Source: Antedon mediterranea (taxonomy: Eukaryota > Animalia > Echinodermata). From it: a stretch of 64,000 nucleotides of DNA. The notes under the pieces are model-generated. The model was given only the letters and a program-made list of their open reading frames with translations. It made no database searches and had not been told where the DNA came from. How positions within the stretch are numbered: position 1 is the stretch's first letter; each line of letters opens with the position of its first letter. The DNA lies in assembly GCF_964355755.1 (NCBI RefSeq), contig NC_092674.1, forward strand, positions 18,972,001-19,036,000, in the 5' to 3' direction. The translations under genes and the position numbers were made by a program. This document shows, one piece after another, positions 14,101-26,804 of this stretch.

Positions 14101-15376
14101 GTTTAATAATATTTCTATATTTAACTTGTTTCTGGTAAAACAAATAAATGTTAATGAAATTTATTATTGTATCCTATAAATAACATGTATTTTATATTAA
14201 TTTATATCATAAAAACAATACTTAATTTACAGGCCATAGAGTGAGCAAGTGGCCGAGCGGTTAAGACAGTGGAACCGTAATTACGTAGCCATAACATCGG
14301 CAGGGGTTCGAGGCTCACTCCATGGTTCTGGTGGTAGAACGAGTCTTCTCGGATAAGGACTATAAACCGTAGGTCCAGTGTACACATCTAGCTTGTGTGC
14401 ACTTTAAAGAACCTAGTACATCTTTCGAGACGAGTAAGGGGTTACCTCGGTGTATTAACTATTAGTACATCACAGCCACTGATCACCAACTGGGCCCTCT
14501 GGGAGACCAGTCTTTGACTGAACAGGTTACCCAGTATAAATATCAATTTCAATTTAATTCAATAGTATGCAGCAATGACAAAAAAATAGGCCGTGCTCTG
14601 AGTAACGCTTGGTTGATTTTTGGTGTTGCTGTTAAGCCTTTTTTGTGAACTAATTTAACATGGTGGTAAATAATTTTCTGTAGAAGTGAATATACACTAG
14701 TTTGTTATTAAATATGTTTTATAAAATGTTTTACAATTGCAAAATATATTATCATACTTCTATTTTATGTGACATGTATAATATCTATTATGGTAAATCA
14801 AGTCTATTTAGTCTGTATACATCCGCCCTTTGAGGCGCGGAATACTCATTCTTGTGATATATATTCTTTGGTAAAACCAACATAGGCTAGTCATAACAAT
14901 TAAAATCGAAATATTTTTTTAGAATCTGTAAATTCAAGGTGTTATCACGATTTTGTATGATTTTGGTCGGATTTTGTGCACACTACAATTTCGTAGGGTC
15001 TTCGCTTTCGAGCTAGGCCTAGGTCTTTGTTCGGTCTTCGCTTTCGACACACTCTTTTTATATCCAGCCTATATTAGGCCTAATTAATACTTTTATTTTT
15101 TTTTTTCTTTACTCCAATTAAGCCTAGGCCTAGGTAAAGTTGGCCTACGAACCTAGGCTAGCTAGGCGTAGGCGTAGTGCTACCCCAATCAAGCTGTACC
15201 CTTGGTTGTCCTGGCCTGACACACCGCGCCGGCTGGCTGGCTGGCTGCATGAATGGCTTACCTGTGTGACATAAAACTATCGAGGGTGAACATCGGTTTG
15301 ACGTTAAAACCAACTGTAAGTGTTTAATGCGCCTAATAGAATTTTCGACAGCACTCATTCTTATAATAGCAGACAT
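2148..15376 (-). CDS. VWA8: von Willebrand factor A domain-containing protein 8 (mitochondrial AAA+ ATPase), 5' part; continues beyond window start
   Basis: Nine phase-consistent GT-AG exons: 15262-15376, 11599-11718, 11118-11173, 10704-10778, 6725-6835, 4858-5025, 4246-4410, 3759-3808, 2148-2256. The spliced protein contains QSVLQHLRWIMQK|DLLGQDVFLIGPPGHLRRAIAMSYL|ELTKREVEYISLTRDTTETDLKQRREIQEGNAFYIDQ|CAVRAAMEGRVLVLEGIEKAERNVLPVLNNLLENREMQLEDGRFL...RVIALGLPVPRYHGNPLDPPLRSRFQARD, which I recognise as the VWA8 first AAA module. Confidence 0.95.
6872..9492 (+). mobile_element. Penelope-like retroelement (Poseidon-type, RT + GIY-YIG), disrupted, antisense in a VWA8 intron
   Basis: Broken ORF pieces with RLYCTPKIHKPNWPLRPIV, SFDVVSLFT, AMGSPISP, YWRRYVDD, IYRKPT, then GVVYGVPCMNCNLIYIGET and KSAITDHV (GIY-YIG); no Zn-finger linker of the Neptune type seen; frameshifts and stops. 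Flanked by direct repeat AGCAGTAGTA at 6862-6871 and 9493-9502. Confidence 0.92.
9394..9440 (+). ncRNA. Putative minimal hammerhead-ribozyme variant at the 3' end of the Penelope element
   Basis: ACC-TTGAAAAA-GTG(tgatgctaatg)CAC-GAAAC-GAAACGTT-GGT: stem I ACC/GGT, degenerate core, stem II GTG/CAC, GAAA, palindromic AACGTT. This is the typical position for PLE hammerheads. Confidence 0.5.
9640..10264. mobile_element. Non-autonomous DNA transposon with TTAA target duplication (Kolobok-like); partial second copy at ~10820-11000
   Basis: TTAA|AGACCCCTTCCCTGC ... CGTAGGGAATGGGGCT|TTAA; the right half is repeated at ~10820-11003. Confidence 0.6.
12226..12905 (+). mobile_element. Helentron-associated (HINE/DINE-like) element, family 2, diverged copy
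   Basis: 5' GGTAATCC..GCGGATAACC inverted pair; 3' hairpin TTGTCA-TCG-TGACAA; body shares segments with 49816-50979. Confidence 0.5.
13653..15054. mobile_element. Mutator-like foldback/MITE with ~170-bp TIRs in VWA8 intron 1
   Basis: 13653-13824 and 14892-15054 are inverted repeats containing (GAAGACCTCGAAAGC)-type subrepeats; G...C termini; flanking direct repeat TTTTATATCC at 13643-13652 and 15056-15065. Confidence 0.8.
14238..14562 (+). mobile_element. tRNA-derived SINE with Deu/Nin-type central domain, nested in the foldback
   Basis: A box TGGCCGAGCGG, B box GGTTCGAGGCTC, central CTCGGATAAGGACTATAAACCGTAGGTCC...GCACTTTAAAGAACC...GAGTAAGGGGTTACCTCGGTGT, and an (AATTTC)-type tail. Confidence 0.8.
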
Positions 15377-15656
15377 TTAAACTACTTGTCACTAACAACC
15401 TGGCCCAAGCGCACTTTTCAACGAATACTACTCTACTAGGCTGCTACCTAGGCTAGGCAAAAAAAAGCAACAGACACATCATCCAAAAGATAGTGTATCT
15501 CATTACAGTATGTACCCTCGTGTTTAATATTTACACTCGGTCGAGCGAGCGGGGCAGCGAGGCAAGCGAGGCAGTCAGAAATTTAGTCGAGGTGTGTATC
15601 TTATCGTTTTCAACGTGCGATACATGCACATGCATGCGATCATCTCGTTTACGGTC

Positions 15657-18600
15657 TGTTGAACCCACAAATGTGAAAACGCCCACAAATGTGAAAACAA
15701 CCACAAAATGTGAAAACGCATCACCCACAAATGTGAAAACAACCACAAATGTGAAAACGCATCACCCACAAATGTGAAAACAACCACAAATGTGAAAACG
15801 CATCAACCACAAATGTGAAAACAGCGCCCACAAATGTGAAAACGATCATCGCCCACAAATGTGATAACGCCCACAAATGTAAAAAAAAAGAGAGACTTTT
15901 TCGCCCACAAATGTAAAAAAAAATCAGATAAAATTTAATGCTAGATTCAGACAAACATTATATCATGATTGTATTGAGTTGTTTCAATAATTGTTTGTTC
16001 ACGATACGTCTGTTAGGGTCGTCGTTAACACGTTGGATTATTATCATTTGCTGCTCGTGCGCGTGATATTTGCACGTTAACTCGTTTGTTTAATGAACGT
16101 AACAGTTCAAGACAATATTTGTTTTTTGCTGCACGCGTCCACCATACTTCAAGGTCAAGGCCATGTTATATCATTGTTGCTTCTAATGTGTGGTTGTTGG
16201 CTTACTATTATGTACGTATAGTTATAAGTCGATGTTCGTTATTTTTTTTGCGCGCGCACACGATACAACAAGGTCAAGGTTAAATTGCTACTTGTATGTA
16301 GTGTGTGGTTATTAACTCGTTGGCTTACTGTTATGTACGTATAGTTCCAAGTCGATGCTCGATTCGATGTTTTTGGGCGCGTACACGATACCTCAAGGTC
16401 AAGGTCACATCTATTGCTACTTGTGGTTGTTAACTCGATGTTCGTTATTTTTTTTGCGCGCGCACACGATACAACAAGGTCAAGGTTAAATTGCTACTTG
16501 TATGTAGTGTGTGGTTATTAACTCGTTGGCTTATTGTTATGTACGTATAGTTCCAAGTCGATGGTCGATTCGATGTTTTTTGTGCGCGTGCACGATACTA
16601 CAAGGTCATATATCATTGCTGCTTGAAGTGCAGTTGGGCTTACTATATTAGTATTATGTAAGTCGATGCTCGGTGTACACGATACTACAAGATCAATGCT
16701 ATACTCGTCGTTCAGTTATTGCAGTAGTTCCTAATGTTCAATTTTTTTTACAAAACTATAACCACAAGATAATAATACAAGAGCTAGAGCAAGAACAACT
16801 AATAAAATAATATTTCTTTATTTTAGAGCGATAAACAAATTGTAACATAGAATAATACCGTAACACCAATATCCAACCAAACATAATACACGATACGATA
16901 GTATCAAACTTGTCACGAACATGTATTCTATAAAACATACTATGAAATCTATACTAATGGACAAAACTTCCTACTATACTACTATTTACATTCGTGGTTT
17001 AATCTGATGCTTATTGTTTAATTTGTATATCTATTTTTAGCGGATAATTATAAAGATATACGGAGAATAATATTACCTATTGAATGCATTAAAATTTAAC
17101 TTTAAGCGCGATGTTGAAAGGCTAATACGCACCTGCTCCAACTTAACTATCTCAATATTTGACACGGAGATTGGTAATAATATTAGTCCCATATTTATAA
17201 ATAATAGATATAACTTGCAAGTTATGTAGATAATAAATATTAAAAATTTTCCATTTCTTCAAATGATGAAGAATAAACAATTAAGCAGAATAATACTAAT
17301 TTATGATAATGATAGATTTGTACTCCGTATATCTTTTAAATATTTTTTTCAACACAAATATATTGAGCAATAGGCGGATTTACACACAAATAGTAGCTAC
17401 TGTACCTTAATTTCTGTTTACTCCTATCCGATATAGTTTAATAATATGTATTTTTTTTGCAATCACATCCTCACCTTTCTGTAAACTTCCAACACAGTTT
17501 CGTGTTTACAGTTTCGTCGGTAATCACTACAGTTTTAAAATTGATGTTAATTTATATTATTAAACACCATAATTTTACAGAAGTTTAGGTTTAGATTTAG
17601 GTTTAAACAAGAACTATTTCTTACAAAAAACGCCGCCGTAAACAGATTTATTTATCAACTGGAAAATTATTACTTTATGTTAAACCAAAAAAATACGTAC
17701 ATCTCAATTGATATAAATACCTTAGTTTGTCTATGTATTTTTTATAACAAAGGTAAAAGTGAACGAAAGGAAGACCAAGCAAGACCAGAGCTCGACCCAA
17801 TTAGTCACCTAAATACATTAAAATAAATTGGAATTTATTATGTGCCTTGTTATTTATATATACACACCACATACAGTATATCTTTAATTTTTTTAAATAA
17901 TTTATTTAAATCTTTATGTTTATGTGTAATTAAAAGGTAGTTCTGATATAAATTAATTAAACACATAAAAGCATTGAATTGATAATGGTGTCAATTTCTG
18001 TTTCAAGCATAAAACATCAAGGGGTGGAAATGTCGGGATGTCTTGCCTTAGACATCTTGCTGGGGAATCCCTACTGTGTGTGTACATACATCAGATTATA
18101 GACAATAGAAAGCGCAGCGCGTATGCATCTTCAATACATAGTATAGGCTACACATACTAGCTAGGGTATGTCATTACAATAATATTGAAAGGATATTTTG
18201 TTATTGTTAGAACCTAATATATAGAACTTATACATTATAAATTATATAATTTGTGGGTTTTACAGCTTCTTCTTCTTTTAAATTTAATACTGCACACACT
18301 ATAATAAAAAAAACACAAACTACAAAATTGTCATTATTGTCTACCAACAAAATGTCTAATTTCACAGAACTTTCGTTATACATCATCCACCGACACTGTA
18401 TAACCTTGACCTTGTAGTATCGTGCACGCGCGCAAAACATCGAACTTCGACTTGAAACTATACGTACATATCAGTAAGCCAACGAGTTAACAACCACACA
18501 CCACAAGTAGCAATGGTATACAAGTCATGACCTTTGTAGTATCGTGCACGCGCACAAAAAACATCGAATCGAACATCGACTTGGAACTATACGAACATAA

Positions 18601-19418
18601 CAAACAATAAGCCAACGAATTAACAACCACAAGTAGCAATAGTATATTATGAACTTGACCTTGTGGTATCGTGTACGCGCACAAAAACATCGAATCGAGC
18701 ATCGACTTGAACTATACGTACATAACAGTAAGCCAACGAGTTAATAACCACATAACTACATACAAGTAGCAATTTAACCTTGACCTTTTAGTATCGTGTG
18801 CACGCGCAAAAAAACATCGAACATCGACTTGAACTATACGTACATAATAGTAAGCCAACAAACCACACACTAGAAGCAACAATGATATAACATGGCCTTG
18901 ACCTTGAAGTATGGTGCACGCGCGCAGCAAATAACAAATATTGTCTTGAACTATTACGTTCATTAAACAAACGAGTTAACGTGCAAATATCGCGCGCATG
19001 AGCAGCAAATTATAATAATCCAACGCGTTAACCACGACCCTAACAGACGTATCGTGAACAAACAATTATTGAAACAACTCAGAATACAATCATGATATAA
19101 TGTAGTACCTCGATCAAAATTGTTTGAGTCTAGCATTAAATTTGATCTGATTTTTTTTTTTACATTTGTGGCCGAAAAATTCTCATTTTTTTTTACATTT
19201 GTGGGCGTTATCACATTTGTGGGCGATGATCGTTTTCACATTTGTGGGCGCTGTTTATTACATTTGTGGTTGATGCGTTTTCACATTTGTGGTTGTTTTC
19301 ACATTTGTGGGTGATGCGTTTTCACATTTGTGGTTGTTTTCACATTTGTGGGTGATGCGTTTTCACATTTGTGGTTGTTTTCACATTTGTGGGCGTTTTT
19401 ACATTTGTGGGTTCAACA
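15657..19418. mobile_element. 3.76-kb foldback DNA transposon, TGT...ACA termini, 5-bp TSD, ~1-kb modular TIRs, no transposase ORF
   Basis: CGGTC|TGTTGAACCCACAAATGTG ... CATTTGTGGGTTCAACA|CGGTC (TSD 15652-15656 and 19419-19423). Terminal arrays of CCACAAATGTGAAAA units (15657-15915, 19160-19418) are followed by ~100-125-bp units containing CACGATAC..CAAGGTCAAGG, mirrored on both sides. Confidence 0.9.
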
Positions 19419-20119
19419 CGGTCCCATCGTTTACAATTTTCTAATAACAAAAGTGCGAAATCATAATGTCATGATAGGCCAATACACCGGTAGTGTAATA
19501 ATATAATGTGTGGGTGTTAACTGTGACCATAAGACCATGGACAGTTGTTTATTCAATAATACGTTTAATACACAATACAATATTTGTGTATATTTGACTC
19601 AAACATTTGGACTCATTTTGACACTGTGTTTAGTGGTATATTATTTGTAAAACATGAAAAAAATTAATATTTCGTTACTGAATGGATAAAGAATATATTT
19701 AAAAATTGTTCCTCTTTGCACCCATCCTTTCTTCATCCCTCAACCCTAATGTTACATACAAAACATGGGTTTTTTTAAATTTATTGACTCAAACATTTTG
19801 ACTCATTTTGTGACTTTCTCTTTCGGAATTAATTCCCAGCTGGGCTAATTTTAGTTTACTACATATTAAATCACCGTGTCTATTTATCGTTCCTGTAAAC
19901 GACATGTAGGCTACTATTGTCCTGCGGTACGTAAATTTGAAATTTTCGCTGAAATTATAAATACTATGTTTTCGAGAACCACTAGTCATAATAATTCATA
20001 TTATTAATTAAACTAGTCATAGTTTTAATTGCTCAGATGTTTGCCCTACTCGACATAAGTTTGTACTTTATACGCAAGTAGTTCTTTTTGGTGGTAACCC
20101 ACGGCATCCAGCACTAGCG

Positions 20120-20720
20120 TTAATAACCCTAGACCATCGCGCTTGCATCAACAGGATAGTATTTGTTGTTATTGGAGCTTTTTCTGTGTACAAACAACAC
20201 ATTTTAAATATTTTATATTTGATAATAAATGCTGTGCACGGAGCGCATTCATAACTACTGTGGGGTATAATAATAAAGTACAAAATTACGTCAGAGTAGG
20301 TACATCTAACCAACTACCCAACTCCTACTCACCAGTAACAGTTATCATCCATCATAGTTTTTACTGTCCTTTTCTTTAAAGATTGTACAATTTGCTAAAA
20401 ACTCATTTAGCATGTTTTTAAAACCTTGTCGACGATCCATGGTTTATTGTTTGGGAATATTTTTGAATCATTTTGTTTTGAACAAGGTCCACACAGAAGA
20501 AACGTATTCGGAAATTGAGACTAAGCGTCGTTCATGTCTATGACTGCTTCGAAAAAGGTGTTCTATTGGTTCACTCAAAACATCCGCAAAGAGACGTGTC
20601 AACAGCGTTGGTTGACCAACGTTTAATGCTTATTTTCCATTTTTGTCTAAATATTTTGAGTTTTATATACTGTGACCGATGCATAAAGATTCCACTATTT
20701 GATGATGGTAAGCATTGAGG
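20120..20720 (-). mobile_element. Decayed LINE fragment (Rex1/Babar-like)
   Basis: Minus-strand residual peptides KRWSTNAVDT..LCGCFE and KIFPNNKPWI; no intact ORF. Confidence 0.45.
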
Positions 20721-21664
20721 AAAGATTAAGAGCTAGGCCCGCAGAGCTAGGTAATTCATTACTCAAATTCTGCTTGCCACTCTCGCAAATTTAGTCGCCA
20801 AGATAATATTTCAATTCTAAAAAGCAATTTACACTAGATTTAATTCGTCACTATGACGAATTATAGGTTATATGCATTGATTTAAATATAGATAATTGAT
20901 TTTTAAAAGATATATTGATTGATTGATTTTGTCAGAATCTTTTATATTCTGTATTATACCGGTATCTGTTATATGATAGGATCTTGTTAACGCAAATACA
21001 ATAGCCGGTATCACAATCCGATCAAAAATCCCTCTGATGTATAATGTCATAAACCACATTTGTTACATAATAAAAGCAAGTTACTTTTTATCTAAATTTC
21101 ATTATAAAACCATGGTTTTAATCTTTTAAGAAATAAAATTGAACAAATAATACGGATAATAAAAACAATCTTATTTCGTTTCGTTTCCCTGCAAGGTGAG
21201 ACTCGATCTTTTGAGTGCTGATCGATACGAGCACAGACCACCGAGCCATACATAACTGACTTAAAGTGTATTTACTATGCTGCAGTAACCACTTTGGTGC
21301 AAATACAGTAGATTATTGCATACTGCAATGAATTATAATTTTTTACTATGATGACATCTTTAAAGATTTAAACAAATTACGCATTGTCAAAGTATATACT
21401 TTTAACTTTAATATATGAACATTTTAAAGAATAAAGTTAATGTTAGGTTTGTTATTTCGGCCCAAGAAAATGTCATAGTTCGTTTGATTGTCGAAATTAT
21501 TTTTTTCAAATTGAATATGCACAATTAATGACGACTTTTGTTCTCTTAATTTCATAATAAACCATACATAATGATACATCCACTTTAAGAAAATGAAATG
21601 CAAAATAGGTGTTCCCGAGCTATCCGACGATCTATATTAATTTTAAAAATTAGCATATTTTTTA

Positions 21665-21945
21665 CCATTTTGTTACACGTGCGTAGCTTGTCACTTTTTA
21701 CGTGCTCGTATAACGCAATTTCGAGTTGAAAAGTGAATCAAATATGATGATATTATTAAAAAAAGAAATCGGGCAAAAAGAGTGCATATTAACGTTTAAC
21801 GCGCAGTGCGCTGGCAAAAATCTGCGCACTCATGGCAATTTTTTAAAGGCTTAAAATAGACCGCGTAATTTTCGATTGCGCAACGTGAAAACATAACCAC
21901 ATCGATTCCTGGCCATAAGTAATATCAGGAAAAATAGACTTCAAT
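21665..21945 (-). mobile_element. Internal fragment of HINE family 1
   Basis: Colinear with 35595-36045 and with the reverse complement of 40320-40775, with a deletion. Confidence 0.75.
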
Positions 21946-22199
21946 CAATAATAATGCATGATAATGCATATAACCTAATAATAGGCCTATAGCCTACATT
22001 GTACACTACAATCCCATACATGACTTGCAATTTCTCTCTCAGTAAGTGTATATTTGTTTTAGATATTAGTGTTTGTTCGTTTTATTTGATGCCTTGAGTT
22101 TTTCATTTGAGTTAGTTATTTTGTAACTCATTATTATTATAAATAAAGTCGCAACGCAAGCGATTTTACCAATCATAAAACAACAGTTCACACGATCCG

Positions 22200-22761
22200 A
22201 CGCTTTCATTGTGAACGTTGTATGTCCACATCAAAAACAACATAATATAGCTATTAACAAGTCATTAAGACGGGTTACTAAATTGTGTGTTGAAGGCGAT
22301 TTCACTGACAGGCTTAAGATACTAAATTTACCAGATATGGTTCAAAGAATGAAATTTCATAGTATAATTTTTGTAGTTAAGTGTTTGCATAATTTAATTT
22401 ATATTTGAATACCTTACAATTAATTCTCGGTATCCAGAGTCCCTCACCTTTAAACACATGTATGCTAGAACTAATGCATTTAAATACTCCCTGTTTGTTA
22501 ATTTCCCTCCAATATGGGAATGTATCCCGCATGAAGTTCGTAACAAAGTCCTGTTTAACTTTGGGGGGTTTAGAAGGGATTTGAAAAAATGTATTACTGA
22601 TATCGAATTCATCTAGACTATCACTGTGTTTTTATGTCTATTGCGTTTTTCGTACTATTAGTTGGGAAAGCCACTCGACAGTGCAGTTCTTTTGAACTGA
22701 TCCACTTTTGATTTTTGTATGTTACCTGGAAATTGAATAAAATAAAATAAAATAAAATAAA
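22200..22761 (+). mobile_element. LINE 3' fragment with (AAAAT)n tail
   Basis: RRVTK...DRLKILNL...FVVKCLHN and ARTNAFKYSLFVNFPPIWE remnants followed by an AATAAAATAAAA tail. Confidence 0.55.
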
Positions 22762-25171
22762 ATGTCGTCATATGGTTGTGCTGGAACATTCACGAAAATT
22801 GTGTTACAATCGTGACCGTACCAATTCGAGTGTTTTTTCCTCTTGTAAGCGGGACATCCAAAAATTGTTTTGACAACTGAAGAGATATATCTGTCATGCG
22901 TCGGAAAATTATATTGTTATTTTGTACAAGGGCAAAACTTGCTCAATCTTTTCAATAGATGTTCTATCTTTGAATCTGTGAATTTTTACTTAATCATAAT
23001 AATAGATGCAGTGAATGTTGATAACAACAATAATGTCATATCTTGTGTTTTTATATTTATTATCATTAGGCCTACCATCGAGCGACATCTTCAATTATTT
23101 TTAAATTATTTCCAGAGCTTCTTGTTTGCTTGTAAAAAAACATCATACCATTTTTTTTAAACATTTTATTTGATTAAACAAATGCATGGTCCACTAACCG
23201 TACATAAAACTATTGCCTTGAAACTTGATACCATCATCACTGCGATTCAGAAGTTGGCCTAAACAACGTATGTCACTATTCATTTAATACTGTTTAGATC
23301 TTGTTCTTATAAGCCTCTCAAGCTATTACAAATTAATTAATCTAAAAACACTACTACAACTTTACAAGGCGCTATGTTGCCATAACACCTATTTTATTGC
23401 ATGGTAACTATAATAATGAGTGCAGGTAATGAGAACGTGTTCCTCGGCTTTCTGTCCTCCTTCTTTCTGTATGTGTATTATTATATTTGGTCATATTATG
23501 GCTCATACCTTGCGGAGGAATTAAACATTATACTTTACAAACATGTAAATTAACTCTTATGAATGTTAAAATATACCAATATATACATTAGAAATTATTT
23601 AAAAGAATTCCATATTGAATGTATAACTGCAACCTATTAAAAGGCCAATTTACAACTTCAATGGTACAAAAAAAAATAGATAACTTCAACAAACTAATGG
23701 TTTTTTAGACGCGAAATGTTGTAATTGGTTAGTTTGTATCAAAGTACAGTACTTATCTATCTTCTTACCTAATTCTATTAAGATAAAGTAAAAATAGCTT
23801 TCTTTTTGATTAGCCTAAGTTCTTCGTATGATAACAATTATTAAACTATGGGTTTATTGTATAGACTGTGTTTTTTTCATCTCCAAATAGTTTCTTATTT
23901 GGTACTGTACACTAATTTTATTTCTCATAATATAAAGATAAACTAGTTAAAAAATTGCAAGATTTTCTAGGTTTCTTTCTATTGACCTTATATTATTATT
24001 ATATTATTATTATTAGGTAAACTAGATATTACAACCGAAATCAGTATTTTTGTTCATTTTCTTAAAATCAAAAGTAAATAACTTTAGGCCTAAACTACCG
24101 TAAAATGTTGCCTGTTCAAAGTTTGATTTTAAGGACAATTTATCTCTTTATAATGTAAATTAGATTTCTTCTCAAAATAAACCATAGGGGAACTTATTTA
24201 AAACTTATGGAAACAAGTTTTACGGTAGTCTTTCAAGATGTTTATTTTTTGTGTTAAAAGATAATGTCAAAATTTGTTATCGAAAACTGAAAATAACGGT
24301 AATAAGTCTTTTTCGTGGGATAATAGCACACTTTCTTAACAAATATACGTAGAAAAAAGCATAGGCTTTGGTTTAATTTGAAACTTGGAAATATATCGAT
24401 ACCTGAGATTATTTTGGAATTATCAATATCACACAACCATACAAGATAGGTCTTTCAATTTGCAACATTAATGGTCCAAAGTTTGATACTTGTGTTTGTG
24501 TCATATATGGATATGCAAATATATATTTAATTGCCTGTCCTTTGGATGAGACGTTAAGCTGTTTCCCCTAACAGTATGTACGTACTGATAGGGTCTGATG
24601 TCTTCGGTTACTGGTAAACCCGGTTACGGCTTTAGTTAGGGGTTCAACAACTACTTATTACGGGAAGTTGGAGTTGGAGGAGCCGGACCATCACCTATTA
24701 TTTGTTGCACATAGTACTGTATGAGGTTAACATTTATGATCATAAAACTTTTTCAATCCAAAATATGCTCTTTGATAAAATGTAACCTAATTGTAAATGC
24801 CATGTACCTGTATTAATAATCCAGGAAACACGCATTGATATTATATATATATTTGAGTTTCTATAAACACACGGTACTTAAATTATTCATAGTAGGCCTA
24901 CTACGGGTATAGAAAATGTGTCAATCAGTACCTTGTAATGATTATTGATATATACAGTATACTAGACATCACTATTCAAAACAATCCTTTAATGGTAACA
25001 CGCAGCTGACCCCGAGTGAGTGAGTATGCGAGTGAGTCACTGCCTGAATATTGGTAATGCGGCTAATCTTCACTGCATAAATGCGTCAAGAATCATAAAT
25101 TAGGAATTGCGGCAAATGCTATAGAAGATAGCGCAATCCTAGATTACACTTTCATTAACTCTGCACAAACG

Positions 25172-26765
25172 TTATTGATCTTGTAACTGTGCCATTTTAG
25201 ATTGTCGTTGTGCCTGTAAGGTTTGTGCACGCCGTGTATGCTGTGGGTGAATTGGCTGCCTGTATCGAGTATTGGCATCAAATCGTTTTCCCTTTTCCAT
25301 ATTAATAGATTTATTTTCTTTAGGTGGATATCCACCTACCTTGTATGTGCGTCTCTTTGCACTATAATAACCGTGTTGTGTCCGACGACTTGCCATAATA
25401 TTGTTGTATCTACTCCTGTCATTAAGCATAGACATCATGTCCTGTCGTGTCCAAATTTTCTTGAATAACTTTTTTTTGGACTCCACAAGTAGTTTGCACT
25501 CATAAGATGACCCAACTCTAGGTTGATACTCTACCCAATGAAAATCACGTCCTTGTGACTTTTGGTATTGCGTGGACACGCATTCAGTAAATACTTGATT
25601 CAGCATTTCTTTGAACATCGACAAATCCTCTTGAAAATTCTCGCCATACTCTTTCACTTGTTTCCACAAGGTACGATTGAAATGATTGTACATCATTGTG
25701 TCTACAGCGTTCCATGAACGTATTTTTTCTCGTAGAAGTTCCGGTAAAGTTTCAACTTGTGGTCGTCTATTTTTAGCAATGTACAATATATCGCTCCACG
25801 TCCAGCACATTTTCTTGCGTAGAACAAGTAAAGACTCGTTTAAGTATTCTGTAAGTAAAACTACAGTAATTTCTCGTCCTAACCGGTCTATAAATTTCTG
25901 CACCATATTTGTGTTCATATGGTATTTGTGATCCAATCCTAGATCGAAAGCCTGATTATTTCGTGCATAGTACCACCGTAGCCCCATTGAATTTTCCCAT
26001 GACATTAACTTCAAACGGTCGCGGTATTGATTAGGCTTCTTTAAGAAATGTTCTAGCTTATCTTTGGTTGTGTTAAATTTTCGTCTTTCATTAATTGGGA
26101 ATGCATCATCGAATTGGAAATGAGAAAAGGCAGACTCAAATTGACTACCTGGATCTCGTATAATTGAAATATACTTAGTGTTTGGTTTCATAAATGAGTC
26201 CATAGCATGTCGATTGTACCTAACATGTATTGCTATAATATTATATTTATAATTGTTATAATCTCTCATCTTTACACCAATAGGTGGAAGAAATTTTAGC
26301 CTTGGTGAATCTTTCGTAACATTATAATAAACTAAATGGCCGTTATGCCGACTGTGTTTGTTCATAACAAATGATAATCGGTTGTGGTATCCATACCGAT
26401 TTATAAGATGTCCTAATGTTGTACTCCCCGTCTTATGCGTCTTAATAAATGCAACATTGGTTTTTGAAGGAGAGCAGTTCGAAGTTGTTCCATAATTCGC
26501 CCAAAGTTTAGAGCGGGCAAACACGCCTAGCGTGGTATTTCTAGAAACAACTGTGTTACTGTGTTCTGATTTTGATTCAAGATTGGTCTTGTTATAAAAA
26601 GTCCTATCCGTTACACTGTTGTTGGTTTTGTTGGAAGCAAATCTCATGGTACCATTCTCTCTTAGTCGCAAGTTTCCTTCATGTGAAAATGTGTTTAATT
26701 CCCTTCTTTCTATTACGTCGGTGCCACCAACTTCTGACCGATAATTCTTTGCCAAAGCTCGTCCA
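25172..26765 (-). CDS. Galactose-3-O-sulfotransferase (GAL3ST / galactosylceramide sulfotransferase-like), large terminal exon
   Basis: 527-codon open frame with CSPSKTNVAFIKTHKTGSTT (5'-PAPS motif), YISIIRDP..QFESAF (3'-PB), NNQAFDLG, EYLNESLLVLRKKMCW, WNAVD..MYNHFN.TLW. The ORF-track start is TTG; a strong acceptor TTCTTTTAG precedes 26765 (phase 2), so the start and TM anchor are in upstream exons. Confidence 0.92.
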
Positions 26766-26804
26766 CTAAAAGAAACAATAATATAATAATATAATATATA
26801 TATA

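Noticed and set aside
15657-15915. CRISPR-like array of short repeats (also 19160-19418, 52910-53028, 54703-54885)
   Set aside because: Spacers are only a few nt and not unique, the arrays are mirrored as TIRs, there are no cas genes, and the context is eukaryotic.
15493-19314. Numerous 60-95-aa ORFs on both strands (also 52816-54969)
   Set aside because: They are translations of tandem subrepeats in the foldback arms, with no protein motifs.
24535-24700. Ribozyme-like GC-richer patch
   Set aside because: It begins GTCCTTTGGATGAGACGTTAAG, better explained as a decayed Deu-domain SINE fragment; no fold is supported.
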